Shown here: one piece after another, positions 18,061 to 27,598 of the stretch | Numbering within the stretch: position 1 is the stretch's first letter | Layout of the letters: every line of letters starts with the position of its first letter | NCBI GenBank assembly: GCA_016190695.1 | Contig: JACPQC010000015.1 | Coordinates: 13,435 to 77,434, forward strand | Length of the DNA stretch: 64,000 nucleotides | Source of the DNA: Chloroflexota bacterium | GTDB lineage: Bacteria > Chloroflexota > Dehalococcoidia > Dehalococcoidales > RBG-16-60-22 | Direction: 5' to 3' | Made by a program: the position numbers and the translations under genes | The notes under the pieces: model-generated | Databases searched by the model: none | What the model saw: only the letters and a program-made list of their open reading frames with translations | Told to the model about the DNA's origin: nothing

Positions 18061-19413
18061 ATGTCAGACAAGGCAGAGATGAGAGTGGAGGGGGTGGTCG
18101 ATGAGTTGTCCCGGAAGGGGGTGCAGTTCATCCACCTCCAGTTTACCGATGTCCTCGGCGTCGTTAAAAGCGTCACCATCCCCCTGGACCAGTTCCCTGA
18201 CTGCGCCCGGCGGGGCAAGTGGTTTGACGGCTCTTCGGTGGAAGGCTTCGTCCGGGTGCTGGAGAGCGATATGTATCTCAAGCCCGACCTGACCACGCTA
18301 TCCCTGCTCCCCTGGGAACAGGACAGCCAGCCCGCCGCCCGCGCCATATGTTTCCTGCTCACCCCGGAAGGGGCGCTGTTCCAGGGAGACCCCCGCGCCG
18401 CCCTGATACGGGCGGTACAGGAAGCGGCCTCCCTGGGCTACCAGTTTTATGTTTCCCCGGAGCTTGAGTTCTTCCTGTTTCTGCCCGCCGATGGCACCAG
18501 GATGGGCCCGTTGCCCCAGGACCGCAGCGGCTATTTCGACCTGTCGACGGGGCTATCGGCGTCGGTGCGCAAAGAGATGGTGGCCACGTTGAAGGAGATG
18601 TCCATCGGGGTGGAGGCCAGCCACCACGAGCTTGCCGTCGGCCAGCACGAGATCGATTTCCTGCCCGAAGAGGCGCTGAGAACGGCGGACAACCTGATCA
18701 CGGCCCGGTATACGTTGAAGGCGGTTGCCCAGCGGCACGGGCTGGACGTCACCTTTATGCCCAAGCCCCTGGAGAAGGCTGAAGGCAGCGGCATGCATCT
18801 CCATATGAGCCTGTTCCACGCCGGCACCAGCGAAAACGCCTTTTCCGCCCCCGCCGACGAGTACGGCCTGTCTCCGGTGGCCCGCCATTTTGTCGCCGGC
18901 CTGCTGCACCACGCCCGGGGCATGACCGCCATCCTGAACCCGCTGGTCAACTCGTACAAGCGGCTGGTGAGGGGGTTCGAGGCCCCAATCTATATTAGCT
19001 GGGCCAGGGTGAACCGCTCAGCCCTGGTGCGGGTACCCAGGGTCAATCCCGACAAGCTGCACACCACCCGCATCGAGATACGCAACCCGGACCCCGCCTG
19101 TAACCCGTACCTGGCCCTGGCCGTGCTGCTGAAATGCGGCCTGCATGGCGTCAGGGACAAGCTGCCCCTGCCCCCGCCAGTGGAGGAGAACCTGTTCACC
19201 TTTGACCCGGTGGAACTGGAGCGGCGACAGATAGCCCGCCTACCGGAGACGCTGGGGGAGGCGCTCGAGGAGATGCGCAGCGACGGCGTCATCAGGGAAG
19301 CGCTGGGCGATATGCTGTTCGAGAAGCTGCTGGAGGCCAAGGTGCGCGAGTGGCAGGAGTACCGCCAGCACGTCACGCCCTGGGAGATAGAGCACTACCT
19401 GGGAGTGTGGTAA
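18061..19413 (+). CDS. glutamine synthetase-family protein (GlnA-like / gamma-glutamyl-amine ligase type)
   Basis: GS beta-grasp plus catalytic-domain blocks (HHELAVGQHEIDF, GSGMHLHMSL, NSYKRL, RIEIRNPD). ATG at 18061 preceded by GGAGAGGTG. Confidence 0.85.
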   Translation: MSDKAEMRVEGVVDELSRKGVQFIHLQFTDVLGVVKSVTIPLDQFPDCARRGKWFDGSSVEGFVRVLESDMYLKPDLTTLSLLPWEQDSQPAARAICFLLTPEGALFQGDPRAALIRAVQEAASLGYQFYVSPELEFFLFLPADGTRMGPLPQDRSGYFDLSTGLSASVRKEMVATLKEMSIGVEASHHELAVGQHEIDFLPEEALRTADNLITARYTLKAVAQRHGLDVTFMPKPLEKAEGSGMHLHMSLFHAGTSENAFSAPADEYGLSPVARHFVAGLLHHARGMTAILNPLVNSYKRLVRGFEAPIYISWARVNRSALVRVPRVNPDKLHTTRIEIRNPDPACNPYLALAVLLKCGLHGVRDKLPLPPPVEENLFTFDPVELERRQIARLPETLGEALEEMRSDGVIREALGDMLFEKLLEAKVREWQEYRQHVTPWEIEHYLGVW

Positions 19414-20967
19414 ATGCCGACGGTGCAACAGGTGTGGCGGCAGGCCCTGCCTGCTGAGACTGAGCTGGTGGCCGGCGAGTCCGGTCTCTACGAGGAAGTT
19501 AGCTGGGTGGTCTCCCTGAAACCCACCCCGCCCGGCTTCCAGAGCATACGGGGCCGTGAGTTCGCCCTGGTGGACGCGGGCGCGGCGGAGAAGCTGGGCG
19601 TTTCCCTCCCCGCGCTGGTCTCTTCCCTGGCCGAGCGGAAGGTGAGCGCCACCGCCATCCTGGGCGATATCGTTCCCGACCTCAAGGCGCAGGCAGACAG
19701 GGCGGATATGTGCCTGTTCCGCCTCCCCCGCGGGTGTAATATCCTCTCGCTCGAGGCGGATATGGCCCGGCTCATCAGCGAAGAGAGGTCCCACCTCTAC
19801 AACCGGGAATACGAGCTGAGCAACGCCTTGATGGATGTCGCCCTTTCCGGCAAAGGGACCGGGGTGATACTGGAAAGATTGCGCCGGCTGACCGGGCGGA
19901 GCATCATGCTCCTGGATGCGGCCTTTCAGCCCCGCTCCGATGCCCCACCGGAGGCGCTCAGCGAGGTCAGTAACGCTGCCAAACTTATTGTGGAGAGGTT
20001 GGAGCGCTCTTCGTCCACGCCCCAGGTGGCCGGACTGAGGCTCGGCCCGGAGCACGCCTGTTTTGCCGGCCTGCTGACCCTGGGGCGCGCCACCGGAGGC
20101 TACCTTGTGTTGCTGGGGACGGCCGGGGAGCTGGGCGGGGCGGACCGGCTGGCGGTCAAGGTGGGCACCCTGGCGCTGACGGTAGAGATGTCCCGGCGCC
20201 AGGCGGTGGAGGAGACCGAAGACCGCTTCCAGACCGAGATAATGGAAAGCCTGCTCGCCGGCGATTTCTCTTCATCGCAGGTCATGGCTGAGCGGGCCAG
20301 GCGGCTCGGCCTGGACTTCTCGGTGCCCTACGTAGCCCTGGCAGTGCAGTCGCCGGAGCCGCATAAGCTGGAAGACCTTGCCGGTAAAGCGGCCTCAACG
20401 CTGCGGACGGCGCGATGCCACCTCCACCAGGGGGCGCTGGTGGTGCTGCATCCCAGCCCTGATGCGACCGTATCCGGGATGCGCCATCTGGGCGCTGAGA
20501 TTGCCCGCCAGTTGTCCGCAGGTGACGGGCCGGTGTCCCTGGGGCTGGGGCGGCCCTATACCGGCGCGGAAGGGGTCCACATCTCCTTCCAGGAGGCGCT
20601 GCGGGCGCTCACCATGGGCCGGCAGCTCTTCGGGGACGGGGCGGTGGTCTACTTCGGAGACCTGGGCATCTACCGTCTCCTCTTTTCCTCGGAGAAGTCC
20701 GAGCTGAAGACCTTCTGCGAAGAGCACCTGGGCCAACTTGCCGAGTACGACCGGAAAAACGCCGGCGAGTTGCTGCGCACCCTGGAAGTCTTTCTGAAGT
20801 GCAACAACATCTCCGAGACCGCCCGCCGCCTCCACGTCCACCGCAACACGCTGCTGTACCGCCTCAACCGCATCCAGGAGATCTCCGCCATCGACCTGGA
20901 AGACGGCGAGACGCGCCTGGCTCTGCACCTGGCTCTGCGCGCCCTGCAGGTAATCCAGTCCGCCTGA
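19414..20967 (+). CDS. PucR-family transcriptional regulator
   Basis: C-terminal PucR HTH (ISETARRLHVHRNTLLYRLNRIQEI). The ATG immediately follows the GS-like stop. Confidence 0.8.
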   Translation: MPTVQQVWRQALPAETELVAGESGLYEEVSWVVSLKPTPPGFQSIRGREFALVDAGAAEKLGVSLPALVSSLAERKVSATAILGDIVPDLKAQADRADMCLFRLPRGCNILSLEADMARLISEERSHLYNREYELSNALMDVALSGKGTGVILERLRRLTGRSIMLLDAAFQPRSDAPPEALSEVSNAAKLIVERLERSSSTPQVAGLRLGPEHACFAGLLTLGRATGGYLVLLGTAGELGGADRLAVKVGTLALTVEMSRRQAVEETEDRFQTEIMESLLAGDFSSSQVMAERARRLGLDFSVPYVALAVQSPEPHKLEDLAGKAASTLRTARCHLHQGALVVLHPSPDATVSGMRHLGAEIARQLSAGDGPVSLGLGRPYTGAEGVHISFQEALRALTMGRQLFGDGAVVYFGDLGIYRLLFSSEKSELKTFCEEHLGQLAEYDRKNAGELLRTLEVFLKCNNISETARRLHVHRNTLLYRLNRIQEISAIDLEDGETRLALHLALRALQVIQSA

Positions 20968-21095
20968 TTTAGGCATTTTACACAAAATCGACCCTCCCTC
21001 TTTCTGTCATTCTATCCGTAGACCGCCCCCCTAACTTCCACTAGACTATTAGCAAGTGCTTTTTGTGCAAATAGTCCAGTCATCGGAGGGGAATA

Positions 21096-21236
21096 ATGTC
21101 AGTTGAAGTCATAATGGGGGCCGCGTCCTTCGTGGGGCTGTTTTTCGCCTGGGTGGTGCTGCCCAGCCAAATCCAGAAGCGGCATGATGGCAAAGATGTG
21201 AAGGCTCCCCCGGCGGAACCGGGGATCGAGTCATAG
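21096..21236 (+). CDS. 46-aa single-TM small protein upstream of amt (below the ORF-track cutoff)
   Basis: ATG preceded by GGAGGGG. MSVEVIMGAASFVGLFFAWVVLPSQIQKRHDGKDVKAPPAEPGIES is a hydrophobic helix with a charged tail. The stop lies 13 nt before the amt GTG, which has its own GGGAGAGGGG. Confidence 0.45.
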   Translation: MSVEVIMGAASFVGLFFAWVVLPSQIQKRHDGKDVKAPPAEPGIES

Positions 21237-21249
21237 GGAGAGGGGCAGC

Positions 21250-22752
21250 GTGAGCTTTTTATCGGTCTTGTTGTCGCGTGAACATATAGCCGGATTGCCC
21301 CGGAGGACGAGGCTGCTCTGGCGGGCGGGCATCATCCTCTGCCTGCTCCTCTTCCTGGGCGTAGCTTTTGTGGCCGCCCCGGCGTTAGTGCGCGCTGACC
21401 CTACCGGCAGCGATACGCTGGCCGCCGACCCCGGCGCGCCGGTCAATATCGCCTGGACGTTGATGGCCGGTTTCCTGGTGTGGTTCATGCAGTTGGGCTT
21501 CGCCTTCCTCGGCGCCGGCCTGATCCGCTCCAAGAACACGGTGAACTATTTCACCAAGAGCTTTATCGATTTCTGCATAGCATCGCTGGCGTTCTGGGCC
21601 TTCGGTTTCGCCATCATGTTCGGCGGCTCGAAGCTGTCGCCGGGCCTGGAGCAAGGCAACAGTTTCATCGGCTACTCCGGCTTTTTCCTGGGCGGGGCCA
21701 GCTATGACGTCACCACCGTCGCTGTCTGGTTCTTCCAGATGGTCTTTGCCGCCACTGCCTGCACCATCGTCGCCGGCGCGGTGGCGGAGCGGATGAAGAT
21801 CACCGCCTACCTGGGCTACAGCTTCATTATCAGCGCCATCATCTATCCCGTTTACGGCAAGTGGGTCTGGGGCGGCGGCTGGCTGAGCGAGTTGACCATC
21901 GGCGGGGCTACCGGCGTCAGGGACTTTGCCGGCTCCGGGGTGGTGCACATGGTGGGCGGGCTGGCGGCGCTGGTGGGGGCGGCAATGGTCGGCCCCAGGA
22001 TAGGCAGGTTCAACAGGGACGGCACCCCGAACATTTTGCGGGGACACAACCTGCCCTACGTGGTCATCGGCACCTTCATACTCTTCTTCGGCTGGTTCGG
22101 CTTTAACGCGGGCAGCACCATGGCCGCCACCGATTTGCGCATCTCCATCATCGCCGCCAACACCTTTCTGGCCGGGGCCACCGGCGCCATAATCGCCCTC
22201 TACTGGAACTTTGTCCGCACCGGCAGGACGGATGTGATTATGGCCTGCAACGGGGCGCTGGCCGGGCTGGTCGGCATTACCGCCGGGTGCGCCTTCGTGC
22301 CGCCCTGGGCCGCCGTGCTCATCGGGGCGATATCGGCGCCGGCGATGATGCTCACCGCCTGGTTCGTCGAGCGGCGGCTAAAGGTGGATGACGCTGTCGG
22401 CGCTGTCGCCGTCCATTTCGGCGCGGGAGTCTGGGGGCTGCTGGCCGTGGGCATCTTCGCCGATGGCACCTATCTCGGCGTGAAAGGACTTATCGCCGGG
22501 GAAGCGGGGCAGCTATTGCTCCAGGTGCTCAACATCGGCGTGCTCATTGCCTGGGTACTGCCCACCGCCTTCATCACCTTCTGGCTTATGGACAGGACCA
22601 TGGGACTGCGCGCCACCGCCGAGGAAGAACTGCTGGGCCTCGATGTCCCCGAGCATGGCATGGAGGCCTACCCCGGCCAAATGAGGCTTGAGCCTTCGCT
22701 GCGCCGGGCCATGCCGCTCACCGGTCCTGGAGAGGCCGGGCAGGTTAGTTGA
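21250..22752 (+). CDS. amt: ammonium transporter (Amt family)
   Basis: AWTLMAGFLVWFMQLGFAFLGAG, DFAGSGVVHMVGG, GFNAGS, AVHFGAGVWG motifs. Confidence 0.95.
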   Translation: MSFLSVLLSREHIAGLPRRTRLLWRAGIILCLLLFLGVAFVAAPALVRADPTGSDTLAADPGAPVNIAWTLMAGFLVWFMQLGFAFLGAGLIRSKNTVNYFTKSFIDFCIASLAFWAFGFAIMFGGSKLSPGLEQGNSFIGYSGFFLGGASYDVTTVAVWFFQMVFAATACTIVAGAVAERMKITAYLGYSFIISAIIYPVYGKWVWGGGWLSELTIGGATGVRDFAGSGVVHMVGGLAALVGAAMVGPRIGRFNRDGTPNILRGHNLPYVVIGTFILFFGWFGFNAGSTMAATDLRISIIAANTFLAGATGAIIALYWNFVRTGRTDVIMACNGALAGLVGITAGCAFVPPWAAVLIGAISAPAMMLTAWFVERRLKVDDAVGAVAVHFGAGVWGLLAVGIFADGTYLGVKGLIAGEAGQLLLQVLNIGVLIAWVLPTAFITFWLMDRTMGLRATAEEELLGLDVPEHGMEAYPGQMRLEPSLRRAMPLTGPGEAGQVS

Positions 22753-22781
22753 TAACGGTAAAGATACAAGGAGGAAAAAAT

Positions 22782-24236
22782 ATGGCGATTCAACCGGGAA
22801 TTCAGGGGGAGACCTTCAGGGACTACAGGGACTTGCTGGAGTGGGCCCAGGAGAAGGGCTGCCAGTTCGTGGACCTCAAGTTCGTAGACCTGCTCGGCCA
22901 GTGGCAGCATTTCTCCATATCAATGGCTGGCGTTGACGAAGACCTCTTCACCGAGGGCATCGGCTTTGACGGCTCTTCGATCAGGGGCTTCCAGAAAATA
23001 CACGAGAGCGACATGCTCCTGGTGCCTGACCTGAGCACCGCTATTCTTGACCCTGCCCTCGAAGTGCCCACCATAAGCATGGTCTGCGATATAAAAGACC
23101 CGATCACCGGCCAGAGCTACTCCCGCGATCCCCGGTGCGTGGCCAGGAAGGCCGAGGGATACCTGAAGACCACCGGCATAGCCGAGATGAGCTACTGGGG
23201 CCCGGAGCTGGAGTTCTTTATCTTCAACAGCATCCGGTTCGAACAGAACGGTCACGCCGGGCACTATGCCATCGACTCCGACGAGGGCATCTGGAACTCC
23301 GGCAACGGTCACGGCGCGCCTAACCTGGCCTACCGCCCCCGCCCCAAGGAGGGCTATTTCCCGGTGCCGCCCACAGACAAGCTCCAGGACCTCCGCTCCC
23401 GGATGGCCATGAAGATGATGGAGTCGGGCATCGACGTCGAGGTGCACCACCACGAGGTGGCCACCGGCGGACAGGTGGAGTTCGACATGCGCTTTGACAC
23501 CCTCACCCGCATGGCGGACAAGGTGATGTTGTACAAGTACATCGTTAAGAATATGGCCATCAAGCACGGCTTCACCGCCACCTTTATGCCCAAGCCGCTG
23601 TTCGGGGACAACGGCTCCGGAATGCACGTCCACCAGAGCCTGTGGAACGATTCCAGCAACGTATTTTACGATAGCAACGGCTACGGGCTGCTCAGCGCCG
23701 ACGCCCGCTACTACATCGGCGGACTGCTGGCCCACGCCCCGGCGTTGCTGGCCCTGTGCGCCCCCACCACCAACTCCTACCGGCGGCTGGTGCCCGGCTA
23801 CGAAGCCCCGATAAACCTGGTCTACTCCCAGCGCAACCGGAGCGCCTGTATCCGCATCCCGGTTTACTCCTCGAAGCCGAAGGCCAAGCGCATCGAGTTC
23901 CGCTGTCCCGACGCCACCGCCAACCCCTATCTGGCCTTTGCCGCCATGTTGATGGCCGGGCTGGACGGCATCAAGAACAAGATCGACCCCGGCGAGCCTA
24001 TGGACCGGGACGTCTACGAGCTTGGGCCTGAGGAGAAGGCCAGGATAAAGTCCACGCCTGGTTCCCTGGGGGAGGTGCTGGAAGCCCTGGAGCGTGACCA
24101 TGCTTTCCTGCTCGTGGGGGATGTCTTCACCCCGGACCTGATAGAGAACTGGATAAGCTACAAGAGAAAGCATGAACTGGAGCCGGTGGCGCTACGTCCC
24201 CATCCCTACGAGTTCTATCTCTACCATGACGTCTAG
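22782..24236 (+). CDS. glnA: glutamine synthetase type I
   Basis: FVDLKFVDLLGQW, HHHEVATGGQVEFD, GSGMHVHQSLW, NSYRRLVPGYEAP, RIEFRCPD. GGAGGAAAAAAT before the ATG at 22782. Confidence 0.95.
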   Translation: MAIQPGIQGETFRDYRDLLEWAQEKGCQFVDLKFVDLLGQWQHFSISMAGVDEDLFTEGIGFDGSSIRGFQKIHESDMLLVPDLSTAILDPALEVPTISMVCDIKDPITGQSYSRDPRCVARKAEGYLKTTGIAEMSYWGPELEFFIFNSIRFEQNGHAGHYAIDSDEGIWNSGNGHGAPNLAYRPRPKEGYFPVPPTDKLQDLRSRMAMKMMESGIDVEVHHHEVATGGQVEFDMRFDTLTRMADKVMLYKYIVKNMAIKHGFTATFMPKPLFGDNGSGMHVHQSLWNDSSNVFYDSNGYGLLSADARYYIGGLLAHAPALLALCAPTTNSYRRLVPGYEAPINLVYSQRNRSACIRIPVYSSKPKAKRIEFRCPDATANPYLAFAAMLMAGLDGIKNKIDPGEPMDRDVYELGPEEKARIKSTPGSLGEVLEALERDHAFLLVGDVFTPDLIENWISYKRKHELEPVALRPHPYEFYLYHDV

Positions 24237-24282
24237 AGTCCCGGATAATTCCGGCTGGAAGTTTCTTCAGGGAGGTGCGGCA

Positions 24283-24489
24283 GTGAGTTATGATCTGGCT
24301 AACATCACCAGGAGCGGGGGAATTTACCACGTCATGTACCTGTGGGCGATGACCTCGCCCAGGCTGGCCCGGGCCGGCGAACTGCCCGGGGACAAGGCTC
24401 ACGCTTCCACTGGAGACGTTGCTGTCGAGGTCCCCGCAGCGGACTCGGAGCGGCGGGAGGACAGCGTGGGAGTGCCACTGGCAACTTAG
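24283..24489 (+). CDS. hypothetical 68-aa protein (GTG start), tentative
   Basis: GGGAGGTG lies 5 nt before the GTG. Third-position G/C bias is similar to neighbouring genes. Followed by the terminator at 24518-24572. No recognisable motif. Confidence 0.3.
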   Translation: MSYDLANITRSGGIYHVMYLWAMTSPRLARAGELPGDKAHASTGDVAVEVPAADSERREDSVGVPLAT

Positions 24490-24517
24490 CCGGCTAAGGC
24501 TAACAGGCTTAAATCGG

Positions 24518-24572
24518 GCAGGGCCTCTTCTCGCCTGGAAAAAGGGTGGGAGGGGGTCCTGCCTGTTTTTTT
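24518..24572 (+). terminator. rho-independent terminator closing the amt-glnA unit
   Basis: ggcagggcc (24518-24526) pairs with ggtcctgcc (24555-24563, one G-U), followed by tgttttttt. Confidence 0.65.
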
Positions 24573-24655
24573 GAACTGTGAAACGCTCTTGGCCGGGGGC
24601 CTCCCCGTGTTGTATCATAGGAGGGAGAAAACCAGTTGCGGGAAAGGGAGGTGAC

Positions 24656-25042
24656 ATGGCAGCCTACGGTTACAAGCGACAGGTCAGCGCCGGCTACGAG
24701 GAAACGGTAGCAAAGACGAGGGCCGAGCTGCAGAAGGAAGGCTTTGGCGTGCTCACCGAGATAGACGTCAAGGCCACCCTGAAGAAGAAACTGGACGTCG
24801 ATTTTGACAAGTATATCATCCTGGGGGCCTGTAATCCGCCCTTTGCCTACCAGGCCCTTCAAGCGGAAAAAGATATCGGCCTGCTGATGCCGTGCAACGT
24901 CATCGTCCACGAGCAGGGGGGCAAGAGCTATGTATCGGCCATCCTGCCGACGGTGGCCATGGGCATGGTTGACAACGACAAGCTGCGCGGCCTGGCCGCC
25001 CAAGTGGAGACCAAGCTGAAGAAGGTCATCGACAGCGTTTGA
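24656..25042 (+). CDS. DUF302-domain protein
   Basis: GFGVLTEIDVKATLKKKL....YIILGACNP..A..AL......G.LMPCNVIV is the typical DUF302 pattern. GGGAGGTGAC before the ATG. Confidence 0.75.
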   Translation: MAAYGYKRQVSAGYEETVAKTRAELQKEGFGVLTEIDVKATLKKKLDVDFDKYIILGACNPPFAYQALQAEKDIGLLMPCNVIVHEQGGKSYVSAILPTVAMGMVDNDKLRGLAAQVETKLKKVIDSV

Positions 25043-25068
25043 AAAGGACGCCGGGTTGACAAGAGGCG

Positions 25069-25941
25069 CTAGAGCGAGCTACTGAGTTCCCGGTACTTGG
25101 CCGGGCTTGCCTCGAACCTCTTTTTGCACTCCACCGAACAAAAGTAATAGGTGTCCCCGTCATATTGGAAGGAGTCGGGGGTCTTGGTGCGCTCAATAGC
25201 CATGAGACATACGGGGTCGAGCGTTACACCGTCAGACCACCTCACTCGCAAGCGCCCATCTTCCAGCCACAGGGTGCGGTCCACCAGGGCGCGGATCCTG
25301 TGGTCGTGGCTGACTATGACTATCGTCTTACCTTGCTCCTTGGAGATATTTCTTAGCAGCTCTGTTACGGTCTGTCCCGACTTGGAATCCAGGTTGGCCG
25401 TAGGCTCGTCAGCCAGCAACACCTGCGGGTCGTTGGCCAGCGCCCTGGCTACGGCTACCCTCTGCTGCTCGCCGCCACTTAGCATGGCTGGCCTGTGGGA
25501 CAACCTGTGTCCGAGACCCAGTCGCTCCAGTAATTCCGCAGCTTTATTCCGGGCCGTGTTTCCCTGCACACCACCCAGGTTAACAACCATCTCCACGTTC
25601 TGAGCTGCGGTCAGGGTGGACAGCAAATTCGGAGTCTGAAAGATAAAGCCGAAAGTCTTCAGCCTGACCTGTGGCAGCGCCTTCTCGGGTAGAGACGCGA
25701 TGTCCCTGCCGCCGATCATTACTTCGCCGGACGTCGGCCTCATCAGTGCGCCGATGATTTGCAGCAAGGTTGTCTTCCCTGAGCCGGAAGGCCCCATGAC
25801 GGCCACGATTTCCCCTCTGGCCACGTGCAGTGAGACATCATCGACCGCTCTCACTGCCACCGGCCCGCTGCCGTAGACCTTGCTCAGGTGCCGCAGGTCT
25901 ATGATTACATCATTATCATTGTCCATGACTTGCGCGATCAT
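25069..25941 (-). CDS. MacB/LolD-type ABC transporter ATP-binding protein with C-terminal YHS (TRASH-like) domain
   Basis: [32 protein letters not shown]-terminus: DPVCLMAIERTKTPDSFQYDGDTYYFCSVECKKRFEASPAKY. Confidence 0.9.
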   Translation of the reverse strand: MIAQVMDNDNDVIIDLRHLSKVYGSGPVAVRAVDDVSLHVARGEIVAVMGPSGSGKTTLLQIIGALMRPTSGEVMIGGRDIASLPEKALPQVRLKTFGFIFQTPNLLSTLTAAQNVEMVVNLGGVQGNTARNKAAELLERLGLGHRLSHRPAMLSGGEQQRVAVARALANDPQVLLADEPTANLDSKSGQTVTELLRNISKEQGKTIVIVSHDHRIRALVDRTLWLEDGRLRVRWSDGVTLDPVCLMAIERTKTPDSFQYDGDTYYFCSVECKKRFEASPAKYRELSSSL

Positions 25942-27047
25942 TGCTGCTTAAAGACCACCGCCGGGTCTATCTGAGATAACCTTCTCACCGGAATGAAGGA
26001 GGCCACCAGGCCGGTGACGACAAACAATGAGAATACCCATGCCATCATTCTCGGCGTGATAGTTGATACGAACTCAGGCACCAAGTACTGCATACCGGAC
26101 ATCAACGGCGGAGAGATGGCGGCTCCGATGACGAAGCCGAGGATGGAAACAGTCAGGGACTGGAACAACACGATCCGGTAGAGGTAGAGGTTGCCAGCCC
26201 CGATAGCCCTTAATATCCCGTATTCCCGGCTCTTCTCAATGGTCATGGTATAGACCAGCAGGCCGACCACAAGCACACCTACCAGGGCGCCAATTGCGCT
26301 GATGACAAAAACAATAGGCAGAAAACCGCCAACGGTCTCCTCCTTTGCCTGCGCCGCGTTTTCCCGGCTGGTGCTCACTGATACGGCTGGCAGGTTGCTT
26401 TCAATAGCCTGCTTGACCTGGGTCACATCACCGGGCGCCTTCACTGTTACCAGAAAGAAATTGGTCAGGTCACCTGGCATGAAGGAGCGGGCGTCCTCCA
26501 ATGTGACGAAGACCATGTAAGAGATCAGGGTGAAGGTCTCGTCTGAGATGCCCACGATCTCGAAGCGTTTGCCTTCCAGCTCCATGCTGTCCCCAATGCC
26601 CAGGCCCTTTTTCTGTGCCAGTACCCTATCTACGATCGCTTCACCATCACGCGGTGTCGATTTCCCCTCGACGACCTTCCAGGGACCCCCCAGCCCGCTG
26701 ACAGTATCGAAGCCATTGATAGAAACGAGCACCTGTTCCCCATTCATATCGGTGGCTATGGGTCGCCTTATCAGTGGGGACACCTTCTGTATGCCGTTAA
26801 TCTCCTTCAAGTCCGATGCCAACCGATTACTCGGTAGCGAAGGGCTGTGCAGCGAGCCGGAAGAGCCTTTGGAAGTTACCCACAGATCAGCCCCTGCTTT
26901 CATCACCATATTGTCCACCACGGCGCTAATGGCGTAGTACAGCCCGGTCGTGGCGAAGATAAGAAAAACAGCCAGGACAACCCCGCCGACACTGAGGGCG
27001 ATCTTTGACCTCTCGCGCAGCAGGTTTTCTTTAGCCAAAGATACCAT
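25938..27047 (-). CDS. ABC transporter permease (MacB periplasmic core + FtsX domain)
   Basis: N-terminal TM, large extracytoplasmic domain, C-terminal FtsX-like 3-TM bundle. 4-nt overlap with the ATPase gene. Confidence 0.85.
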   Translation of the reverse strand: MVSLAKENLLRERSKIALSVGGVVLAVFLIFATTGLYYAISAVVDNMVMKAGADLWVTSKGSSGSLHSPSLPSNRLASDLKEINGIQKVSPLIRRPIATDMNGEQVLVSINGFDTVSGLGGPWKVVEGKSTPRDGEAIVDRVLAQKKGLGIGDSMELEGKRFEIVGISDETFTLISYMVFVTLEDARSFMPGDLTNFFLVTVKAPGDVTQVKQAIESNLPAVSVSTSRENAAQAKEETVGGFLPIVFVISAIGALVGVLVVGLLVYTMTIEKSREYGILRAIGAGNLYLYRIVLFQSLTVSILGFVIGAAISPPLMSGMQYLVPEFVSTITPRMMAWVFSLFVVTGLVASFIPVRRLSQIDPAVVFKQQ

Positions 27048-27135
27048 GAAAGCAAATCACCTTGAATCTACTTCATACCCCTATAGAGTATGATAGAGCC
27101 AAATATATAATCTTGTCAAGAGGTAATTGATAGTA

Positions 27136-27465
27136 TTACTTGTAACGTTCTATTTCTTTGCCCAGGAAATAGCTCAGCACCGTCCTGATGGCCACTATGC
27201 CACCCAGGATGGCCAGCTCCTCAAGCGTGGGCCGGATCACGCTGCGAACGATGTCGGCGGCGATGAGAAACTCCAGGCCGAGCAGCAGGTGAAAGCCGAG
27301 GTCATAGCGGATTTTCTCAAAGGCGGGGGCCTTCTCGTCCCCGCTCCTGAGCCGCTTCCATTCGACGGCTACCAGTTCCACCACGCTTAATATTACGCCG
27401 TAGATGATCACCAGGCCGGCTATGGAGGCGATGCCCAGGGTCACGTAATCAACTACCTGCTGCAT
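27136..27465 (-). CDS. DUF1622-like small membrane protein
   Basis: The Met at 27465 is preceded by AGGAG. Pattern R..LG..LLLGLEFLIAADI..S is typical of DUF1622. Confidence 0.65.
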   Translation of the reverse strand: MQQVVDYVTLGIASIAGLVIIYGVILSVVELVAVEWKRLRSGDEKAPAFEKIRYDLGFHLLLGLEFLIAADIVRSVIRPTLEELAILGGIVAIRTVLSYFLGKEIERYK

Positions 27466-27598
27466 ATGGCTTGTCTCCTGCAAGCGGGCGCCCTCTGGTC
27501 TTAGTGTAAGAAATATTATGGCATTATTCAAGGGGAGATTCCGGGCGGGCACGGCGCTCCTGTTGACTCTACGTGCCATATTGTATAATCCCCTTTAG

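Noticed and set aside
24172-24282. 5' part of the 105-aa ORF 24172-24489, which overlaps the glnA 3' end.
   Set aside because: It overlaps glnA coding sequence in another frame. Only the part from the SD-preceded GTG at 24283 is considered, and that only tentatively.
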